Source of the DNA: Candidatus Limnocylindrales bacterium
Lineage (GTDB): Bacteria; Chloroflexota; Limnocylindria; Limnocylindrales; CSP1-4
Length of the DNA: 64,000 nt
Assembly: GCA_044449785.1 (NCBI GenBank)
Contig: JBIOII010000001.1
Span: 11,231-75,230 of the forward strand
Direction of reading: 5' to 3'
A model generated the notes under the pieces. That model was given only the letters and a program-made list of their open reading frames with translations. It ran no database searches and was not told the origin of the DNA. The position numbers and the translations under genes were made by a program. Below, in pieces: positions 39,548 to 48,353 of the stretch. Numbering within the stretch: position 1 is the stretch's first letter; each line of letters starts with the position of its first letter.

Positions 39548-41413
39548 GTGGCCGCACCTGCCAGGGGCATGGACGGGATCCTCGTCGTCGCCAAGGAACC
39601 CGGCTTCACCTCGCACGATGTGGTGGCGCTGATCCGGCGGCTGACCGGGACGCGCCGCGCCGGCCACGGCGGCACGCTGGACCCGTTCGCCTCCGGCGTC
39701 CTGCCGGTCTTTCTCGGTATGGCGACGCGGCTCGTCGAATACCACATGGCCGACGACAAGGCCTATCGTGCGACGATCTGCTTCGGCGCCAGCTCGGAGA
39801 CGGACGACCGGGATGGCGAGCTGGTACCAGGTGCGGGTCCCGCGCCGACACGACAGGCAGTCGAGGCGGCGCTGGCTGCGTTTCGCGGCCGGATACAGCA
39901 GCGGCCGCCGGCTTACAGCGCTCTCAAGGTCGGCGGCCGGCGGGCATACGATCTGGCTCGCGAGGGAACTCCGGTCGAGCTGGCACCGCGGGCGGTCACG
40001 ATCAGCCGTCTGGACCTTCTCGAGTGGGACGGATCGGATCGCGATCGCCCGACCGCGGTCCTCGAAGTGGAATGTGGTGCCGGCACGTACATCAGATCGC
40101 TGGCCCGTGATTTGGGGGAGCGGTTGGGTTGCGGCGCCTATCTGGGGGCGCTTGTCAGGGTCTCGAGCGGGCCGTTCAGAACGGCGGCCGCACACTCCAT
40201 CGACGACGTCCGCCGGGCGGCCGCCGAGGGACCGGCGGCGCTGGCCGGGCTCCTTCTGCCCATCGACGCCGGCCTGGACACGATTCCGGAAGCGGAGCTT
40301 ACCGAGGCCGAGGTCGCGGCCGCGTCGCGCGGCCAGCAGGTGAAGCCCGTTCACCGGCCGCAGGTCGAAGCCGGGGCAAGGGTCCGGCTCGTGGCGGAGG
40401 ATCGATCGCTGATCGGGATCGGGTCGTGGAAGGGCGGCCGGCTCGTGCCCGAGAAGATCTTCGTGGCCGCCCCGCCGTCGGCATCGGGTGGAGGCTCCCG
40501 TGACAGCGGGCCCTCCGGGTCCTGGTCCCGCGAGGGCGACCACGCGATTCAGGTCGAGCCGCGGTTGCGGATGGTCGAACCGGCCAACCGCATGACCGTA
40601 GTCTCGGGTATCGACGCTCTCAGCGCCGAGCTAGGCCGCCTTTATCTGGCGGTGGGTGTCTTCGACGGCCTCCACCGCGGCCACCTTTATCTTCTCCGCG
40701 AGTTGCGGCGGGCGGCCGCGCGGGCCGGAGCGAGACCGGCCGTGATCACGTTCGACGCGCATCCGGAGGAGCTGATCGAGGGTCTGGCCCCGCCGCTGTT
40801 GTGCGATCCGGACGAGCGCCTGGTGCGCCTCGGTGCGGCCGGGGTCGCGGTGACGGTCGTCCAGCACTTCGACCACGCCCTTCGCATTACTCCCTACGAC
40901 GGCTTCGTGGCCGCGATTCGGGAGCGCGTGGAGCTGGCGGGGTTCGTGATGACACCGGACGCGGCGTTCGGCTTCGAGCGTGGCGGCACGCCGAAAACGC
41001 TGGTCGCGCTCGGTGAGCGCGAAGGGTTTAGCGTCACTGTCGTTTCGTCCTTCCTGTCGAACGGCGAGCAGGTACGCAGCTCCGAGATACGCCGCCGCAT
41101 CGCATCGGGCGACCTGGCCGGGGCGAGACAGCTGCTCGGCCGGCTCCACGGATTCACCGGCACGCTCGCCCCAAGCCACGGAGCCGGATTCGCACCGCTT
41201 ACCATCGAGCTCCCAGTCGCCCTGCCGCCGGACGGCCGCTACCGAGCGCTGGTCGGGCCGGCGTGGAAGCCGGGTGGCCGGCCCCAGCCGGCCACGATGC
41301 CCTCGGTGGCCGAGGTCCTCGACGGTCGGGTGCGTCTCGAAACCTCCGGCGTGAACCGCGCCGGCGAAGTCCGCGTCGTTTTGCTCGGTTCGCACGAGGG
41401 AGAGGCAAGTTAA
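39548..41413 (+). CDS. truB: single 621-aa ORF encoding tRNA pseudouridine55 synthase TruB (aa 1-about 330) fused in frame to an FAD synthetase (RibF N-terminal FMN adenylyltransferase domain) and a degenerate riboflavin-kinase-like tail
   Basis: TruB: ILVVAKEPGFTSHDVV...GHGGTLDPFASGVLPVFLG (catalytic Asp), PUA-like end. There is no stop codon before the RibF-like part, MTVVSGIDALSAELGRLYLAVGVFDGLHRGHLYLL (nucleotidyltransferase GxFDGxHxGH). An internal ATG at 40592 could serve as an independent ribF start. The last 100 aa lack the riboflavin-kinase PTAN motif. Confidence 0.85.
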   Translation: MAAPARGMDGILVVAKEPGFTSHDVVALIRRLTGTRRAGHGGTLDPFASGVLPVFLGMATRLVEYHMADDKAYRATICFGASSETDDRDGELVPGAGPAPTRQAVEAALAAFRGRIQQRPPAYSALKVGGRRAYDLAREGTPVELAPRAVTISRLDLLEWDGSDRDRPTAVLEVECGAGTYIRSLARDLGERLGCGAYLGALVRVSSGPFRTAAAHSIDDVRRAAAEGPAALAGLLLPIDAGLDTIPEAELTEAEVAAASRGQQVKPVHRPQVEAGARVRLVAEDRSLIGIGSWKGGRLVPEKIFVAAPPSASGGGSRDSGPSGSWSREGDHAIQVEPRLRMVEPANRMTVVSGIDALSAELGRLYLAVGVFDGLHRGHLYLLRELRRAAARAGARPAVITFDAHPEELIEGLAPPLLCDPDERLVRLGAAGVAVTVVQHFDHALRITPYDGFVAAIRERVELAGFVMTPDAAFGFERGGTPKTLVALGEREGFSVTVVSSFLSNGEQVRSSEIRRRIASGDLAGARQLLGRLHGFTGTLAPSHGAGFAPLTIELPVALPPDGRYRALVGPAWKPGGRPQPATMPSVAEVLDGRVRLETSGVNRAGEVRVVLLGSHEGEAS

Positions 41414-41558
41414 TGGTCCGGCACGGGGCCGCCGACCCGCGCCGAATCGCGGCGCTCGGAGTCGCCCTCGTCTAGCACGGGCGTGCGAACCCTGCTACCA
41501 TCCGCCAGGCATTTAGAGAGTTAGGAAACCACAGTCACAGAGCTATTCGGAGGATCGT

Positions 41559-41828
41559 GTGCCGCTCGCGCGGGAGACGAAGGAACAGGTTATTTCGGAG
41601 TACGCCGTCAAGGATGGCGACACGGGCTCAGCAGAGGTGCAGATTGCGCTCCTGACCGAGAGGATCAAGGAGCTTACGGAGCACCTGCGAGGCTTTCCGA
41701 AGGACAACCAGTCCCGCCGCGGCCTCCTCAAGCTCGTCGGACAGCGACGCAGACTTCTGGCATATCTTGTCAAGAAGGACAACGCTCGCTATCGGGCCGT
41801 CATCGCACGGCTGGGACTGCGCCGCTAG
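41559..41828 (+). CDS. rpsO: 30S ribosomal protein S15
   Basis: 89 aa. [21 protein letters not shown]...[21 protein letters not shown] start. Confidence 0.95.
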   Translation: MPLARETKEQVISEYAVKDGDTGSAEVQIALLTERIKELTEHLRGFPKDNQSRRGLLKLVGQRRRLLAYLVKKDNARYRAVIARLGLRR

Positions 41829-41943
41829 CGCAATCGCGTCGACGTGGGGCTGAGACCCCTCGCCGGCATATTCGCGCCCGGCTCGTCCAGGCGAGAGCAA
41901 GGACACACGCGCTTCCTCCTACGCTCGGGAGGAATACCAACCC
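41829..41943 (+). promoter_or_regulatory. rpsO-pnp intercistronic leader with two stem-loops (candidate RNase III / autoregulatory site and an SD-sequestering hairpin)
   Basis: GGGGCUGAGACCCC (4-bp G/C stem) at about 41845-41858. UUCCUCC-uacgcuc-GGGAGGAA (7-bp stem) at about 41903-41925, which places the GGGAGGAA Shine-Dalgarno-like element in the 3' arm of the stem, 18 nt before the pnp GTG. Confidence 0.5.
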
Positions 41944-44532
41944 GTGTCTCAGACATTCGAGACGCAATTCGCCGGTCGCACCCTGACCATCGAGACCGGC
42001 AAGCTCGCCATGCTGGCGGGTGGCTCAGTAACCGTTCGCTTCGGCGACACCATGGTCCTCGGAACCGCCAACCGGTCGGATCCGCGGCCCGGGCTCGACT
42101 TCTTCCCGCTCACCGTCGAGTTCGAAGAGCGCATGTACGCCGCCGGCAAGATCCCGGGCGGCTTCATCAAGCGTGAGTCGCGACCGTCCGAGCAGGCCAT
42201 CCTGTCGGCGCGTCTGACCGACCGACCGATCCGCCCCCTCTTCCCCGAGGGTTACAAGGACGACGTCCAGGTCGTTATCACGGTCCTCTCCACCGACCAG
42301 GAGAACCAGGCCGACGTTCTCGGCACCGTCGCCGCGTCAGCGGCGCTGACGATCAGCGAGATCCCATTCCAGGGCCCGATCGGGGCGGTACGCATCGGCC
42401 GCATCGACGGCGAGTTTGTCGTCAATCCGACCATCGCCGACCTCGAGCGCTCCGACATCGATCTCGTGGTCTCCGGTACCCGCGACGCCATCATGATGGT
42501 CGAGGCCGGCGCCTCGATCGTCCCCGAAGAGGTCATGGCCGAGGCGATCCTCTTCGCCCACCGTGCCCTCCAGCCGCTCATCGACCTACAGGAGAAGCTG
42601 CGCGAGGCAGTCGGCAAGCCGAAGAGCACCGTTTACCTCGAGCCCGGCACCGGTTCGGTGCTCGACTTCGTCAAGAAGGTCGGCGAGCCCGGTTGGGAGC
42701 TGGTCGTTCTGGATGTCGAGACGACGGGCCGCGACCCCAAGATGGCCGACCTCATCGAGATCGGCGCCGTGCGGGTGCGCGGCGGCCAGGTAGTAGACCG
42801 TTTCTCGACCTTCGTCAGCCCCGGCCGCGACATCTTCGGAACCCAGATGCACGGCATCACGACAGCCGACGTCGCCGGCGCCCCTCTCGCTCGGGAAGCG
42901 GCCGAGAAGCTGCTCGCGTTCGTCGGCGGCGCTCCCGTCGTGGGCCACAACGTCGGCTTCGACCTCGGGTTCCTGGATGAGGCTCTCGGCCAGCCCGGCA
43001 AACTCATCGAAGGCGGCTACTTCGATACCCTCGTCATCGCCCATGAGGCCTATCCGGACCTCGAGTCGTACAAGCTGGGCGACATCGCCCGCTTCTTCGG
43101 CATCAGCGTCGAGACGGCCCACCGCGGGCTGGCCGACGCCGAGACGACGGCCGCCATACTGGCGCAGTTCGCCGGCGATATCCCGAACCGAGTAGAGAAC
43201 CTCAAGGATGGCATCGCCATCTCCATTCGTGCCAACCGCAAGGAAGGCGAGAACTCTGCCGGCCTGCTCGACGCCGCTCGTCGACAGGCACGCGTCAGCA
43301 AGAGTCTCTTCGGGCTGGTGCAGAAGAAGACCGTTCGCCAGCTGGTCCTCGACGAGGGGATCCGCATGGACGGCCGCGGCATCGACGAGCTCCGGCAGAT
43401 CACGGTCGAGGTCGGCGTCCTGCCACGCGCCCACGGTTCCGGGCTATTCACCCGCGGCCAGACCCAGGCCCTCACCGTAGCGACGCTCGGCCCCGCCTCG
43501 GACGTGCAGCGGATCGACACGATCAGCCCCGAGACCGAGAAGCGGTATCTCCACCACTACAACATGCCCCCGTACAGCACCGGCGAGAACAAGCCGATGC
43601 GCGGCCCCGGCCGTCGCGAGATCGGCCACGGCCATCTCGCCGAACGCGCCCTGTTGCCGGTCCTGCCTTCTGAGGACGAGTTCCCGTACGTCATCAGGCT
43701 CGTCAGCGAGTGCGTGACGTCGAACGGCTCCACCTCGATGGCGTCGACCTGTGGCTCGAGCCTCGCTCTGATGGACGCCGGCGTGCCGATCAAGGCAGCC
43801 GTCGGCGGCGCGGCGATGGGCCTCATCAGCGAACCAGACGGCCGTTTCGTCGTCCTGACTGACATCCTCGGCAAGGAAGACGCCTTCGGCGACATGGACT
43901 TCAAGGTGACCGGCACCCGCGAGGGCGTCACGGCGCTACAGATGGACATCAAGGTCAAAGGCATAAACGAGGCGATCATCCGCCAGGGCCTCCAGAAGGC
44001 ACACGCGGCGCGGATCGCCATCCTCGACAAGATGGATGCGGTCATCCCGACGAGCCGCACCGAGATGAGCAGCTTCGCTCCGCGCATTATCACCATCAAG
44101 ATCAACCCCGAGAAGATCCGCGACATCATCGGCAAGGGCGGCTCCGTGATCCGCAAGATCCAGGAGGAGACCGGCACCGAGATCAACGTCGAGGACGACG
44201 GCACCGTCCAGATTGCCGCGGTGTCGGGCGATAGCTCGCGCAAGGCGGTGCAGTGGATCGAATCGCTCACCCGCGAGGTCGAGGTCGGCGGCCTGTACCT
44301 CGGCAAGGTCACCCGGATCATGGGCTTCGGCGCCTTCGTCGAGATCCTGCCGGGCAAGGAAGGCCTGGTCCGGATCGGCGAGCTGGCCGACTACCACGTT
44401 CCCACGGTTGAGGATGTGGTCTCGGTCGGCGACGAGGTCATGGTCGTGGTGGTCGAGATCGACCGCCAGGGCCGCATCAACCTTTCGCGCAAGGCCGCGA
44501 TGCAGCGCCACCTCGCTCGCGCCGAGTCGTAG
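41944..44532 (+). CDS. pnp: polyribonucleotide nucleotidyltransferase (PNPase) carrying an inserted DEDDh 3'-5' exonuclease domain (862 aa)
   Basis: RNase PH-1 domain, RNase PH-2 domain (RMDGRGIDELRQITVEVGVLPRAHGSGLFTRGQTQAL...FKVTGTREG), KH domain (GKGGSVIRKIQEETG) and S1 domain (GKVTRIMGFGAFVEI). Between PH-1 and PH-2, at aa about 250-415, lies a DnaQ-like exonuclease domain with Exo I VVLDVETTG, Exo II VVGHNVGFDLGFL and Exo III AHRGLADAETTA (H-x4-D, DEDDh). Confidence 0.95.
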   Translation: MSQTFETQFAGRTLTIETGKLAMLAGGSVTVRFGDTMVLGTANRSDPRPGLDFFPLTVEFEERMYAAGKIPGGFIKRESRPSEQAILSARLTDRPIRPLFPEGYKDDVQVVITVLSTDQENQADVLGTVAASAALTISEIPFQGPIGAVRIGRIDGEFVVNPTIADLERSDIDLVVSGTRDAIMMVEAGASIVPEEVMAEAILFAHRALQPLIDLQEKLREAVGKPKSTVYLEPGTGSVLDFVKKVGEPGWELVVLDVETTGRDPKMADLIEIGAVRVRGGQVVDRFSTFVSPGRDIFGTQMHGITTADVAGAPLAREAAEKLLAFVGGAPVVGHNVGFDLGFLDEALGQPGKLIEGGYFDTLVIAHEAYPDLESYKLGDIARFFGISVETAHRGLADAETTAAILAQFAGDIPNRVENLKDGIAISIRANRKEGENSAGLLDAARRQARVSKSLFGLVQKKTVRQLVLDEGIRMDGRGIDELRQITVEVGVLPRAHGSGLFTRGQTQALTVATLGPASDVQRIDTISPETEKRYLHHYNMPPYSTGENKPMRGPGRREIGHGHLAERALLPVLPSEDEFPYVIRLVSECVTSNGSTSMASTCGSSLALMDAGVPIKAAVGGAAMGLISEPDGRFVVLTDILGKEDAFGDMDFKVTGTREGVTALQMDIKVKGINEAIIRQGLQKAHAARIAILDKMDAVIPTSRTEMSSFAPRIITIKINPEKIRDIIGKGGSVIRKIQEETGTEINVEDDGTVQIAAVSGDSSRKAVQWIESLTREVEVGGLYLGKVTRIMGFGAFVEILPGKEGLVRIGELADYHVPTVEDVVSVGDEVMVVVVEIDRQGRINLSRKAAMQRHLARAES

Positions 44533-44543
44533 TCCAGAAGACG

Positions 44544-44567
44544 GGGCCGGTCGACTTCAGCCGGCCC
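44544..44567 (+). terminator. GC-rich hairpin after pnp (candidate terminator, no U-tract)
   Basis: GGGCCGG-tcgacttcag-CCGGCCC 7-bp stem 12 nt after the pnp stop. Confidence 0.4.
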
Positions 44568-44638
44568 GCAGTCTCCTGCATAGGGCCCCTGCATAAGCCA
44601 AAACATATGCACGTGGCCAGGGAGTCCCCCTGGCTCGC

Positions 44639-44647
44639 TGGTATACT
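44639..44647 (+). promoter_or_regulatory. candidate extended -10 promoter element for asd
   Basis: TGgTATACT (TGn + TATACT) about 40 nt upstream of the asd ATG, lying between the pnp terminator hairpin and the asd RBS. Confidence 0.35.
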
Positions 44648-44686
44648 CCGGCGGCGCCCGGCAATTCAACACATCTGAGTGGAGCC

Positions 44687-45760
44687 ATGTCCCGAGAACC
44701 TCGCCCGCTGACAGTCGCGGTCGTCGGAGCCACCGGCGTCGTCGGCAGAACGATGATCCAGGTCCTCGCCGAACGGCATTTCCCGGTTGGCGAGCTCCGT
44801 TTGCTGGCCTCCGGCCGCTCGGCCGGGTCCACGGTCAGCGCCGACGGACGCACCCTGACGGTGGAGGAGGCGATCCCGGAGGCGTTCGAGGGCGTCGACA
44901 TCGCCCTGTTCTCGGCCGGCGGTGACGTCTCGCGAATGCTGGCTCCAGAGGCGGCGGCGCGCGGCGCGACGGTGATCGACAACTCCAACGCCTGGCGGAT
45001 GCAGCCGAACGTCCCGCTCATCGTCAGCCAGGTCAACCCGGATGACGGCGAGTGGCACGAAGGGATCATCGCCAACCCGAACTGCTCGACGATGCAGCTC
45101 GTGCCGGTTCTCATGGCGCTGCGTGATACCGCAGGGCTCGAGCGGGTCATCGTGGACACGTATCAGTCGGTCTCCGGGACCGGAGCCGAGGCGCTGGCCG
45201 AGCTCGAAACCCAGATTCGCGCGCACGTGGCAGGCGAGCCGAAGATCGCGAGCGTCTACCCGCACCCAATCGCATTCAATGTCCTGCCCGAGATCGACGT
45301 CTTCCTGGAGAACGGCTACACCCGCGAGGAATGGAAGGTCGTGACCGAGAGCCGAAAGATCCTCCATCTCCCGGATCTCCGCGTTTCTTGCACGGCCGTC
45401 CGCGTCCCGGTCTTCGTCAGCCACTCCGAGGCAGTCCACGTCGAGACCGTGAAGCCGATGACGCCGGATGAAGCCCGCCGAGCCTTCGCCGCCGTTCCCG
45501 GCGTCGTCGTCATGGATGAGCCGGCGGCCCACGTCTATCCGATCGCCACGAAGGCGGCCGGCAAAGATGAGATCTTCGTGGGTCGAGTCAGGAAGGATCC
45601 GTCCGTGGAGCGAGGCCTGGCGTTCTGGGTCGTCAGCGACAATCTCCGCAAGGGCGCCGCCACCAACGCGGTCGAGATCGCGGAAGTGCTCGTGGAGCGG
45701 GGCTGGGTCGAGGCCCGCTCGCGCCGCGGAGTACCGAGCGTGGCCGGGGAGGCGTCGTGA
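44687..45760 (+). CDS. asd: aspartate-semialdehyde dehydrogenase
   Basis: VAVVGATGVVGRTMIQVL Rossmann fold, NPNCSTM (catalytic Cys) and VSGTGAEA. 357 aa. Confidence 0.9.
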   Translation: MSREPRPLTVAVVGATGVVGRTMIQVLAERHFPVGELRLLASGRSAGSTVSADGRTLTVEEAIPEAFEGVDIALFSAGGDVSRMLAPEAAARGATVIDNSNAWRMQPNVPLIVSQVNPDDGEWHEGIIANPNCSTMQLVPVLMALRDTAGLERVIVDTYQSVSGTGAEALAELETQIRAHVAGEPKIASVYPHPIAFNVLPEIDVFLENGYTREEWKVVTESRKILHLPDLRVSCTAVRVPVFVSHSEAVHVETVKPMTPDEARRAFAAVPGVVVMDEPAAHVYPIATKAAGKDEIFVGRVRKDPSVERGLAFWVVSDNLRKGAATNAVEIAEVLVERGWVEARSRRGVPSVAGEAS

Positions 45761-46647
45761 CCGACGCCGAGCGCCGCGCAGCGCTCGACGCCATCGCGGC
45801 GGAGGTGGCTGTCTGCACCCGCTGCCGTCTGCACCAAACGCGGACTCGCGCCGTTCCCGGCGAAGGCACCGCGGCCACGGAGGTCATGTTCGTCGGTGAG
45901 GGTCCCGGGTTCAACGAGGACCGTCAGGGCCGGCCGTTCGTTGGCCAAGCCGGGGCCCTTTTGGGCGAGCTGCTCGGCTCGGTCGGCTGGTCGCGCGACG
46001 AAGTGTTCATAACCAACGTCGTCAAGTGCCGGCCGCCCGAGAACCGAGACCCGGAGCCCGACGAGATTACTTCCTGCGCGCCCTTTCTCACCCGTCAGCT
46101 CGCGGCGCTCGATCCCGCGCTGATCGTCACGCTGGGTCGCTTCTCGATGGCGCGGTTCAACCCCGGGGCGCGGATCGGTCAGGTCCACGGCACGTTCCGA
46201 CCTGCCGACGCCGCGTCCGGCGCGCCCGAGGCCCTCACGTACGCGATGTACCATCCCGCCGCGGCGTTGCATCAAGGATCGCTCAAGGCCACTCTCTTCC
46301 GAGACATGGAGGGAGTGCCGGCGGCTCTGCTCGAGGCGCGCGGGCGGCGCAGCTCAATCGAGACGGCGCCCGAAGCGGCCCCTCCATCCTCTGAGGCTGA
46401 GCGAGCAGCGGCGACGACTGCAGCGGAGGCGAAGACGACCACGTCCACCAATGGCAGCTACGCCCGCCTGGCAGGTGCCGCGTCGAATGTCTTACCGGCC
46501 GCTCCTGAAGCCGCGACAGGACTGCCGGAGACGGCCCCGGCCGCCGCGGACTCACCTCGAACCGCGGCACTCGAGTCGCCCGACTCGGTCGGCTCCGAAC
46601 TTTCGGCTGCAGAATCCGACCCCACAGACCAACTCACCCTCTTCTAG
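45757..46647 (+). CDS. family 4 uracil-DNA glycosylase (4Fe-4S type) with a low-complexity C-terminal tail of about 100 aa
   Basis: CTRCRLHQTRTRAVPGEG, MFVGEGPGFNEDRQGRPFVGQAG and NVVKCRPPENRDP are UDG family 4 motifs with Fe-S ligands. An A/E/S/T/P-rich tail follows. GTGA overlap with asd. Confidence 0.85.
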   Translation: MTDAERRAALDAIAAEVAVCTRCRLHQTRTRAVPGEGTAATEVMFVGEGPGFNEDRQGRPFVGQAGALLGELLGSVGWSRDEVFITNVVKCRPPENRDPEPDEITSCAPFLTRQLAALDPALIVTLGRFSMARFNPGARIGQVHGTFRPADAASGAPEALTYAMYHPAAALHQGSLKATLFRDMEGVPAALLEARGRRSSIETAPEAAPPSSEAERAAATTAAEAKTTTSTNGSYARLAGAASNVLPAAPEAATGLPETAPAAADSPRTAALESPDSVGSELSAAESDPTDQLTLF

Positions 46648-46685
46648 GATGGACGCAACTGGACGGTCCCGTCACGCGAGTATCA

Positions 46686-48353
46686 ATGCCTGATAACGAG
46701 ACTCCGCTCCGAATAATCCCCCTCGGCGGCGTGGGGGAGATCGGCAAGAACATGTACGTGTTCGAGTACGGCGACGATATCGTCGTGGTCGACTGCGGGT
46801 TGATGTTCCCGGACGAGGAGATGTTCGGGATCGACCTCGTCATTCCCGACGTCACTTACCTGCGCGAAAACCAGGCCAAGGTGCGCGCATTCCTGATCAC
46901 CCACGCCCACGAAGACCATGTCGGCGGGTTGCCGTACGTGCTGCCGTACCTGCCCGGAGTGCCCGTCTACGCCTCGACGCTGGCCCGCGGTTTGCTGGGG
47001 ATCAAGATCAAGGAGCACAAGCTCCACAACAATCCGCTCATGCCTCTGGACCCGGGGGACATGCTCCAGATCGGGCCGTTCCGGGTCGAGCCGTTCCGGA
47101 TCAGCCACTCGATCCCGGACGCCATGGGAATTGCGCTGCACACCCCGGTCGGCACGGTCGTGACCACGGGCGACTTCAAGTTCGACCACACGCCGGTGGA
47201 CGGCCGTCGCTCGGACTTCGCGATGCTTTCGAGACTCGGCGAAGACGGCGTCATCTGCCTGCTCTCGGACTCAACCCGCGCCGAGAGTCCGGGCTACACG
47301 CTCTCCGAGCGTACCGTCGGCGAGACCTTCCGCGAGATCATGGAGCCGCTCGACGGCCGGGTGATCGTGGCCACCTTCGCGAGCAACATCGCCCGCATCC
47401 AGCAGGTCATCGATGCTGCAGCCACGTTCGATCGCAAGGTGGCGGTCGTGGGCCGGTCGATGGAGCAGAACTTCCGCATCGCGACGGACCTCGGCTACCT
47501 TACATACGCACCCGGCCAGATCGTCGGCAAGGACCAGATCGGGTCCGTGGCGGCCAACCGCATCGTCATCGCCACGACCGGGGCACAGGGCGAGCCGATG
47601 GCCGGCCTGGCCCGCATGGCGAACCGGGACCACCGTTTCGTGGAAATACAGCCGGGCGACACCGTCATCGTCAGCGCCAGCCCCATCCCCGGCAACGAGG
47701 AGTACGTGGCGCGCACGATCGACAACCTCTTCAAGGCCGGCGCCAACGTCTTCTACCACACGGTCAAGCACGCTCACGTGTCCGGCCACGCCAGCCAGGA
47801 AGAGCTCAAGCTCATGCTCGGCCTGACCCGGCCCAAGTACTTCATCCCGATCCACGGCGAGTTCCGAATGCTCGTCCAGCACGGCCGCCTCGCCGTTGAG
47901 ACTGGCGTGGCGCCGGAGAACGTCTTCATCATCGAGAACGGCCAGGCAATCGAGTTTTTCGCCGACGGCAGCGCCCGGCGGGCGGCGCCCGTGACCTCGG
48001 GTTACGTCCTCGTCGATGGGCTGTCGGTCGGGGACGTCGGCGAGGTAGTCCTGCGCGACAGGCGGGCCCTTGCCAGTGACGGCATGTTCATCGTCGTCGT
48101 CACCGTCGACAAGCAGACTGGGAAGGTCGTCGCACGACCCGAGATCGTGACCAGAGGCTTCGTCCACGCCAATGAGCGCGATCCGCTCATGATTGGAGCC
48201 GTTGAGCACATCCTTGCGGCCATCGAGAGCCCTGGCGACCGAACCAGTGAGGTCGGCCTGCTGAAGAGCCAGATCAAGGACGAAGTCTCACGCTACCTCT
48301 ACGAGCAGACGCGCCGGCGACCGCTGGTCTTCCCCGTCGTGGTGGAGGTGTAG
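46686..48353 (+). CDS. rnj: ribonuclease J
   Basis: Metallo-beta-lactamase HAHEDHVGG, beta-CASP and the RNase J C-terminal domain. IIPLGGVGEIGKNMYVFEY N-terminus. Confidence 0.9.
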   Translation: MPDNETPLRIIPLGGVGEIGKNMYVFEYGDDIVVVDCGLMFPDEEMFGIDLVIPDVTYLRENQAKVRAFLITHAHEDHVGGLPYVLPYLPGVPVYASTLARGLLGIKIKEHKLHNNPLMPLDPGDMLQIGPFRVEPFRISHSIPDAMGIALHTPVGTVVTTGDFKFDHTPVDGRRSDFAMLSRLGEDGVICLLSDSTRAESPGYTLSERTVGETFREIMEPLDGRVIVATFASNIARIQQVIDAAATFDRKVAVVGRSMEQNFRIATDLGYLTYAPGQIVGKDQIGSVAANRIVIATTGAQGEPMAGLARMANRDHRFVEIQPGDTVIVSASPIPGNEEYVARTIDNLFKAGANVFYHTVKHAHVSGHASQEELKLMLGLTRPKYFIPIHGEFRMLVQHGRLAVETGVAPENVFIIENGQAIEFFADGSARRAAPVTSGYVLVDGLSVGDVGEVVLRDRRALASDGMFIVVVTVDKQTGKVVARPEIVTRGFVHANERDPLMIGAVEHILAAIESPGDRTSEVGLLKSQIKDEVSRYLYEQTRRRPLVFPVVVEV

